Shown: in pieces, positions 55,490 through 64,000 of the stretch
Numbering within the stretch: position 1 is the first letter of the stretch
Layout: every line of letters starts with the position of its first letter
Source of the DNA: Balanoglossus misakiensis
Lineage: Eukaryota; Animalia; Hemichordata
NCBI GenBank assembly: GCA_040954595.2
Contig: CM082588.2
Coordinates: forward strand, 7,672,844-7,736,843
Direction: 5' to 3'
Length of the DNA stretch: 64,000 bases
Notes under the pieces: generated by a model
What the model was told of the DNA's origin: nothing
Seen by the model: the letters and a program-made list of their open reading frames with translations, nothing else
The model's database searches: none
Program-made: the position numbers and the translations under genes

Positions 55490-57494
55490 GGGAAATTCTC
55501 CATGAAAAATTGTAAACTTTAATTTTTTTACATACACTTAATTTAAGGTACAGATATAAAATATACCAGGTAACAGACTATGCTATAGATATCAATGCTT
55601 GCACAGTTAGACAAACTGTCAAGGGATTTTCAACATATTGTATCCAGATTGAAATATAATCAATTTACTAAGGACAAATAAAGTGAACAAATAAACACAA
55701 TTTGATTTGTTCACTTTATAACTGTACTAGAATCAAATATCTACCATGAAGTGTTTTTCTTGACCCCAAACTATGACAAATTCAAAAGGCTTATGAGTTC
55801 CACAGATTTACAGGTATTATTGAATATTTGCAAGTATGTTTATAAAGCTATGGCTGTGAGAAGAACAGCCACTTATAGGATGAATAATATTATTCAACTT
55901 TCTTTGTATTTGTGTAGTCTGCATTCACTTTGTATTTGTGTGATGTATTACTTTATTTGAGAACTGGATGTTCTCTTTGCATTTGGACCTGAGGTCTTCA
56001 AACGCAATAAATTACTATTATTATTACTGGCTGTGAGAAGAGCAGCCACTTGCCACTCATAGAGTGTATAATATTGTTAAACTTTCTTTGTATTTGTGTA
56101 GTCTGCATTCACTTTGTATTTGTGTGATGTATTATTTTATTTGAGAACTGGAAGTTCTCCTTGCATTTGGACCTGAGGTCTTCAAACGCAATAAATTACT
56201 ATTATTATTACTAAGGACACAATTTGTATGTAAGGGAATATGTGGAGAGTAGCAGAATATTTATTTAAACCAAGTGACACACTTTTGTAAGACACATTCC
56301 TGTACAGATTCAATTTAGTTCTGTTTCTTACCTCTATGCAAAAATGCCAACATTTGCTGGAAATTGTATGAGACTTATCAAGTTTGGAGATGGCACAACA
56401 AGAGTTTATATATCTTAACCCATTGTTATGCATTTGCTTATTTCTATTTATTGCTTTACTTTATTGTTTTTTTATTGAAATGTTTTTTTCTTAATTTCTA
56501 TAGAACCTGTAAATGAGACTTGTTCCACTTGGTCTTCCTTGAAATAAATATAGTCTGAGAAGAAAGCAATTCTGCAAAATCTGTTTTCTTTATTTGGTCT
56601 AAACTAGTTTTTTGGGGTTGACAAAGGAAATACACTATTGCAAAATGGTATTTTTTTGGTGCACATTTAACGCAGAAACAGTTGACCTTGGAAATCTTCA
56701 TTTGATTTCCAAAAAATTGTCTCAAAAAACAACAGAAAATACTAGTTGTAGGTATTTGGATGTTTTCTCACGCCATCTTTTAAAAATTCTCAAAAAAAAA
56801 GAGATACCGTCGTATAAAACTGTGTTAAAGGTATACAGTCACCTCCAATTTAAATACGCTCATGTATGGCTGAAATGGCTTATTTGAGTGTTCTACAAGA
56901 CATATGGAGGCGCTGTTTTTTTTTTTCGCGTGTGCCACCCACTGAAAATCTGTGATTGGCTAGATCTCAATTTGCCATGGTAACTGTAGCTAACTGTATA
57001 CCTTTAATTACTTGAGCTGCCACAAGATTGCCTCAGCGTTTTTGCTAAGGCCGGGAAACACTGGTAAATGAGTTGGGAACCCTGGTAACGCTTCTGCTAG
57101 ATACCAATATGATTGCATTGATATACAAAGGGGAACTCTGGTAAAATGACTTGGGAATCCTGGTAACATTTATCTGGCAACTGTCCGCTCGCTTTCTAAA
57201 ACTTTTATGTTTACCCATGGAGATAAACTCGCTGTAAGCCTTATATTTAATATGGCGATCTCAACATGTAAACACACAAAATAAATCAAACGCGAGAGGT
57301 TCGGACGTTAGGACAAGTTAATCGCATCATATTTGGAGTCGGTTAGGAGGCCGAAGTAGACAGGGAAAGGATTTTGCTTCGATAAAATTGAAATTCGGCC
57401 GAAAAAGCACCAGTTTTTTCTATGGCGCCTTGCAGGGCTGTGGTGGAGGCCGTGTAATGCCGGGAACACACAGACCTGTACGCAGAGCTACACA

Positions 57495-58830
57495 TTAAAG
57501 GCTGAGAGGGCTGATAATAATATTTTGGGGAATAGAAGGTTCCCGTGTGCCCAGCTACAAATGATTTGTTTGGAAATTTTTCACATATAGTGGGCATATA
57601 ATACATTATCAGATCTCCGAAAGTGAAGAAAATATATAAATTTTGAGTGTTTTCTGAAAATGACGTTTTTGGGGCAAAAAGTGGCAAAAATGGCATTTAT
57701 TCTTGAGTAGGATCAATAAGACTGCTATTTCTGGAATCAGCAGCATTTTTTACATAGGATGAACATTTCATATATCACATGATCTCTGAGCTTTATGAAG
57801 AAAAGTTTGTTTTTAAATTTTTTTCTAAAAATGGCCTTTTTGGGCAAAAACTTTCCAAAAGGGCATTTTTGCATTAGGTTGGGTCAATAAATCTGCTTTT
57901 TTGGAATAATCACCAAATTTTACATAGGGTGGGCATATAATACATTATCAGATCTCCGAAAGTGAAGAAAATATATAAATTTTGAGTGTTTTCTAAAAAT
58001 GACGTTTTTGGGCAAAAAGTGGCAAAAATGGCATTTTTTCTTGAGTAGGGTCAATAAGACTGCTATTTCTGGAATCAGCACCATTTTTTACATAGAATGG
58101 ACATTTCATATATCCAATGATCTCTGAATATGAAAAACACAATTTATTTTTAGTTTTTTTGTAAAAATGACCATTTTTGACCTCAAAAAGTGGCCAAAAA
58201 TGGCATTTTTGTATTGATTGAGGTCAAAAAGACTGCTTTATTTTTTAAAGTCACCACTTTTAACATAGAATTGACTTTCCATATATCACCAGATCAATCA
58301 TTATGAAGAAAACCGTGTGTTTTAAATGTTTTCTAAAAATGACGTTTTTTGGGCAAAAAATGGTCAAAAAGGCAATTTTCTGTTGTTTTGGGTCAATCGA
58401 ACTACTTTTTTCGTAATATTCACCAAATTTTACATAGAATAAGCATATCATATGTCATCAGATCCCAGAATGTGACGAATACAGTGTGTTTTTAGTGTTT
58501 TCTAAAAAAGACCATTTTTGGGTTAAAAATGGCCAAAATGGCAATTTTGTCTTGAGTGGGGTCAATAAGACTGACTTTTTTGGAATCAGCACCATTTTTT
58601 ACATAGAATGGACTTCTCAAACCTTCCTTACCAAAAATTCTGATTAACGGCACCTATCTCCTAGGGTATAAATGTAAAGAAAACGGCGTGTTTTTAATGT
58701 TTCTAAAAACGACCGTTTTGAGGGCTAAAAGTGGTCAAAATGGCAATTTTGTCTTAAGTTGGGTCAGTAAGACTTTTTTTTCGAATCAACACCAGTTTCA
58801 ACTTAGAACGGACTTAAGCTTCCCAAACCT
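57495..58830. repeat. Satellite-bearing element: about 7 degenerate ~170-bp units
   Basis: Recurrent gggtcaataagactg...ggaatcagcacc...tacatagaatggac; its left end matches 28225-28305. Confidence 0.7.
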
Positions 58831-59010
58831 TCTATACAAAATTCTGTTTAATCTATTTATATTTAATCTAATTTGATTTATCTATTTCTAAGAAATGTAT
58901 GTTTTCCAAAAGTAAATGATGACAACTTGAAATTGCAACAAACTTGTTAGTATCACTGTTAATATCTATAATAGTAAAATTTATATTTCCCCCTGTTTTA
59001 CCCCCGACAG

Positions 59011-59540
59011 TTTTGAACTGCTGAAGCGCTGTTTTAGAGCAAGATTGCTGAAGACGGAGATGGAAGTCAATTATTTCCCATACGGCGGATCCATCACCGA
59101 CTACACCTGCCATATGTTTGACACCAAATTGGGCGTGTCGGTCACCAGGGCAATGAAGTTCAAAGGTCAATACGAAACGGAGGACGCGGAGAAACTACTG
59201 AGAAAGAAATTACAGGGTGAGAAACAAGAATTATTCAGATAGTAAGAAATGGTACGGAGTTTATAAAAAAAAACCAAGCAATTATTTTACTTTTAATACT
59301 AATCTAATTCTTCTCGTATCATTTTTAGGTATTACCATGGCAACGAGAAATTCCTTAGAAGGCTGGTCTAAGCAAATATTACATGTGTGGGCTGCGTCCG
59401 CTCACATTGCGAACACTGTAGCGGACGTTTACTACAGACTGTCGAGGGATATAACCTCAAACACGGTAGTTTTAATCACAACAGCCAGCAGACGATCTAG
59501 TATATTCAGCAACTCGACAAACACCCGGGGAAGAGCCTAA
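59011..59540 (+). CDS. 3' two exons of an AAC4-like (AAC-rich mRNA clone AAC4 family) protein; 5' exons not found
   Basis: Exons 59011-59216 and 59329-59540 (GT-AG, phase 1): FELLKRCFRARLLKTEMEVNYFPYGGSITDY...LGVSVTRAMKF...LLRKKLQGITMATRN...WSKQILHVWA. Confidence 0.7.
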
Positions 59541-60158
59541 TTCTTAAAACCCGGCGACGGTTGATTTCAGAGGCGATTTCAAACGGTTGCAAATAACAAG
59601 AAAGACTTTTAGACTTATAATCTCACAGCGAAATTTGATAATGTTATTATAAAATATAATAGTTATATTATATCTGTACACGTACGTAAGGACGAAATTG
59701 TTTTCTGAAGACATGAATTTGAAAGACATGCTTTTGTTTTATTATATTAAATTGTATAAAACCTGGTATCATTATTGATCAATATTTCTAAGATCTTTTT
59801 CAACTTCTTTCATTCATTCGATTTAGGACTTTGTTACAAATAAAGTTTTTCGTTTCGCTTATTTACGGGATGTTTAGTGCGACTGAGACGTGAAAACATT
59901 GCGGGTTTGTGTTTACGTCCAATGATGTGCATCGCGAACACTGAGCAGAGAGAGATGGAGAGATAGCGAGAGAAAGAGAGAGATAGCGAGAGAGAGAGAG
60001 AGATAGCGAGAGAGAGAGATGAGATGAGTATTTACGGGATGAGTATTCTCAGAAAAGGCTGCAAAATAACGTTTTCCACATGGATATATAGAGGAACGCC
60101 CTAATAGCATTTTGACCTATCTGAAGTCAAATGCCATGAATAAATTCAGGCGAAAACG

Positions 60159-60225
60159 TTGCCTCTCAAGAGGGCGCCATCAATGACCTTTGGCCTTTCA
60201 TTGATGGCGCCCTCTTGAGAGGCAA
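60159..60225. other. Perfect 28-bp-stem hairpin inserted in the upstream region of copy 4
   Basis: ttgcctctcaagagggcgccatcaatga - 11-nt loop - tcattgatggcgccctcttgagaggcaa; absent from copies 2 and 3. Confidence 0.85.
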
Positions 60226-60241
60226 GCGATAACGAGGTTGA

Positions 60242-60252
60242 GGGGATTTCCC
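60242..60252 (+). promoter_or_regulatory. NF-kB site upstream of NLR copy 4
   Basis: GGGGATTTCCC (variant that still fits GGGRNNYYCC). Confidence 0.55.
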
Positions 60253-60733
60253 GATGATATCACCCTTACAGACAACCATATATTTCTTTTTGTTTATATG
60301 TACAATTGCATACTAGTATTTTGCGCCAATGTCAGTGGCCTTCACATTTGAAATCGTAGCCCCCAAACATCGATTTGTTGGACTTTTCTACTCATATGAT
60401 ATAAAGTTACGAGAAACTTCATCTAATTGTATCATTCTAACCACTTAACTCTAGCACTCAAAATATTTCAAGTTAGTTTCACATATACATATACATGGAA
60501 CAGTAAAGGCCACTGTGCCATTAGCCTCTGTTAGTCAATTAGTCAAGAGTTCAGACTGCGTGTTTGTGATTTGCTCAAAGAGTTGGAATTTGCGCCTGGT
60601 TTTAGAAAATGTGAACATTTTAGTGTATCACCAACACTGTTCGAGGTAATCTTGGAAGTGGAGATCTTCATATATCTGCGCCCAAGTGCTTCCAGAACTG
60701 GAGTCAAGTTGTGTTTTGTGATATCGTACAAAG

Positions 60734-63700
60734 ATGGCGACTGGTGGTGCCTTTATAACCACACCCGAGAAGGTGAATCATGCTAGACTTTGTCGACTAC
60801 TTATCGACGGCGGATCTAAAGCGGTGAGATGTGTATTTGACAGCAAGATTCCATCTAATGTGCTTGCAAACACCCTTAACAAGCATAAGGTGTCGTTAGT
60901 GAGACTACGAATGTCGTATAAAGGACCTAAACCGGGTCAAAAGGTTATCAGTGATGGTCAGTGGGATCTGTTATACCCAACCCAACCCAACCTTGTCAAG
61001 TCTGAAGACTTCGACATTACATTGCTCACAGCTTTATTACGGAATATCTGTGGCCTTCGACGTCCAGGACATAAAGTATGGAAATATCCCCCCACTGGTG
61101 ATCTCGGTGTTGAAGCTGATGTGGCCCGAATAAGAGAGTTCAGGAATAGACTTCAACACATGACGGGCACAGCTGTCCCTGAGAGCGAATTTCAATCTTT
61201 CTGGGATGACATTAGTAAAGTATTGGTACGTCTTGGCGCTAAGCAGGGAGATATCGATCAGTTAAAGACTGCGAGTATGGACCTTGCCGAGACAGACAAA
61301 TACGAACAAACTTTAAAGGACTGGGAAGAATCTGACATGGTGCTGGAAAAGTTCCTACAGCGTATGGAAGAGAAAATTGGCGATCAAACTCGTCAGCTTG
61401 GTCAGATATCAGAGACACAGAGTGGCCATAGCAGTACTTTGGCTGATATCGAACAGAACCAACAAGAAACGACTCAACATCTTGGTCAGATATCAGAGAC
61501 ACAGAGTGACCATAGCAGTACTTTGGCTGATATCAAACAGAACCAACGGGAGAACCAACAAGAAACAACTCAACATCTTGGTCAGATATCAGAGACACAG
61601 AGTGACCATAGCAGTACTTTGGCTGATATCAAACAGAACCAACGGGAGAACCAACAAGAAACGACTCAACATCTTGGTCAGATATCAGAGACACAGAGTG
61701 ACCATAGCAGTACTTTGGCTGATATCGAACAGAACCAACGGGAGAACCAACAAGAAACGACTCAACATCTTGGTCAGATATCAGAGACACAGAGTGACCA
61801 TAGCAGTACTTTGGCTGATATCGAACAGAACCAACGGGAGAACCAACAAGAAACGACTCAACATCTTGGTCAGATATCAGAGACACAGAGTGACCATAGC
61901 AGTACTTTGGCTGATATCGAACAGAACCAACGGGAGAACCAACAAGAAACAACTCAACATCTTGGTCAGATATCAGAGACACAGAGTGACCATAGCAGTA
62001 CTTTGGCTGATATCGAACAGAACCAACGGGAGAACCAACAAGAAACGACTCAACATCTTGGTCAGATATCAGAAACACAGAGTGACCATAGCAGTACTTT
62101 GGCTGATATCGAACAGAACCAACAAGAAACGACTCAACATCTTGGTCAGATATCAGAGACACTGGTTGACATTAAAGAAGGCCTCAAGACTTCACATACC
62201 AGTGAGTCAAGAACGTGTGTTCCAGGTAATAATTAAGATGGAGAAGTGATATTCATTTCTATGGCTGAAATCTACAATCATAGTTGCTTAGTTTGAAAAA
62301 AAGATTCTGTTGTATGTACACCACCATTAAAAATAACTTTTTCTATAAATTCTCTCCTTTATCTCAAGATGCTTCCTGTGCTTGGTGCAACTGTAAGAGT
62401 GATAATCTCAAGAAGTTTATACGCTGTTGTGAAGTGATGTATTGTGGGAAAGACTGCCAGAAACAACACTGGATGAAAGGTCACAGAGAAGAATGCAAAG
62501 GTACAATTGATCCTTTTCTGAACTCCACATGACGTACCCACGAGATTTCACGTAGCTAAGCAATTTATATGGGAGGACATTCCCCTGGCACAGGGCAAAC
62601 AATTAACACGGCCCACCATTTTCAATGGCACAAACAATTACATTTTTGTTAAACTCTGCACCTATTCTAATTTCTTAGCTACCAACACGTTGCTATAGTA
62701 ATCATCCAAGTCTCAGGAGATTTCTCAATGAGCTGGAAATCATCATTGTTAAAGTCTGAACCTATATTCTAGTTACATACCAAGCTAGATAGTATGAAAA
62801 TATTCACAAACACCTTTTAGTACATGTAAGAACTTATAAATAAGATACTGAAAATCTCCATGTTTCACGCATAATGTTTGTATTCTCATGTGCAGAGCTG
62901 TCTGTCAAAAAGCTTGGGGTAATCACAACATGACCCTGCCTATATGGAACACAATATGTGGTTCATATACTACGGTAGTTATGGGTCATAATACTTCTAG
63001 TATACCATATGTAACCCCTGACTATATTATACTTAGTACAATGATGTTTTACAGCTTGTGAAAATAAACAGCAACTATCTGCAATACAAAAGTCATACTA
63101 TCAATATTATAATTGTTTTTCTACAGATACTTCTGCAGAGTTTGAGTGGCTTAAAGACTATCTCAAAGAATTGTACAGCCATGACTTTGACAAGTTCCAA
63201 CCTCTGCCATGGAATGAAAACTTCTCGCTTCATTTATCTGATGTGTATACCCGACTGAAGATGGTAGAGGTTGATGAAAGGGGTAAGATCATTAAGGACA
63301 ATGAAGAAAATGACACTGTAGTTCATGAAAGTGCAATATTTGAAGCAGATAGAAAAGGAGTGAGACCACGTAGAATAAGAATTGAAGGACCTCCAGCTAT
63401 TGGCAAGTCAATGTTTTGTAGAAAGCTGGCCTACAACTGGGCTTGTGGAAAATTAGAGCAATTTAAATTAGTCTTTCTGTTGGAAATGAGATATATGAGT
63501 AAAGAATCAATCATAGAAACCATATTTGATCAATTACTTCCTGATGATGCGGGGATTTCCAGAGATGAGCTTGACAAGGTTCTGAAAAGGAATGCAGATT
63601 CTGTGCTGTTCCTCTGTGATGGTTTGGATGAAATGTGTAAGGATTTCAAGGAAATTTCTGATATTAGTCGGATTATTGCAAAGAAATTATTGCCAAGATG

Positions 63701-64000
63701 TACAGTAGCTATCACAACCAGGCCCCATGAATGTGACACACAGCTGAAAAACTGTGATTCACATTATCACATACAGGGCTTCACAAAGAGTGATTGTGGG
63801 GAATATATCAGGAAGTACTTCAAGCATGAGTCTGAGACTGGTGAGAATTTGATCATAAATTTAGTACAAAACCTCTGGTTTGAATGGTTGGGTGATTTCC
63901 TTAGTAATCCCTTACATGTTTCATTTCTTTGTGTACTGTGGGAGGATCATCAAGATGGTGACCATTTCCCAACTAGAGTGACAGAGTTGTATTTTGAAGT
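60734..64000 (+). CDS. NLR-like gene copy 4 (partial, runs off window): HEPN_DZIP3 - 8 repeat units - MYND-like - NACHT
   Basis: Exons 60734-62225, 62369-62500, 63127->64000; Walker A/B intact in the visible part; intron 1 shortened to 143 bp. Confidence 0.88.
61403..62146 (+). repeat. Coding VNTR, 8 units (2 x 84 bp + 6 x 96 bp)
   Basis: 744 bp = 8x84 + 6x12. Confidence 0.95.

Noticed and set aside
1-64000. tRNA/rRNA genes, Y-RNA near the TROVE-like gene, autonomous transposase or RT ORFs
   Set aside because: None recognisable by eye; tRNAscan-SE, Infernal and HMM searches would be needed to exclude them.

Overview
Eukaryotic, intron-rich, AT-rich genomic DNA. The repeat content looks like a marine invertebrate, but the species cannot be determined from the sequence. 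The left half holds two minus-strand multi-exon genes that I reconstructed by hand with consistent GT-AG phases. One is a ~1569-aa signal-peptide/type-I membrane protein with Gly-rich collagen-like segments and a toxin-like helical/C-terminal region (1668-12945). The other is a ~695-aa RGG + TROVE/Ro60-like + vWA (MIDAS) protein (18002-25567). The right half is a tandem array of four paralogous 3-exon NLR-like genes with the architecture DZIP3-type HEPN (intact RxxxxH) - variable-number 28/32-aa heptad repeat (8, 23, 1, 8 units) - MYND-type Zn-finger cassette exon - NACHT - divergent LRR-like C-terminus. Copies 1 and 3 are intact, copy 2 is disrupted, and copy 4 runs off the window. Copies 2-4 carry a canonical NF-kB site upstream. 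An AAC4-like two-exon gene fragment lies between copies 3 and 4. Many MITEs (Harbinger-, Kolobok-, Sola2- and P-like), LINE 3' ends and tandem repeats are present. All family calls come from motif recognition, not database searches.
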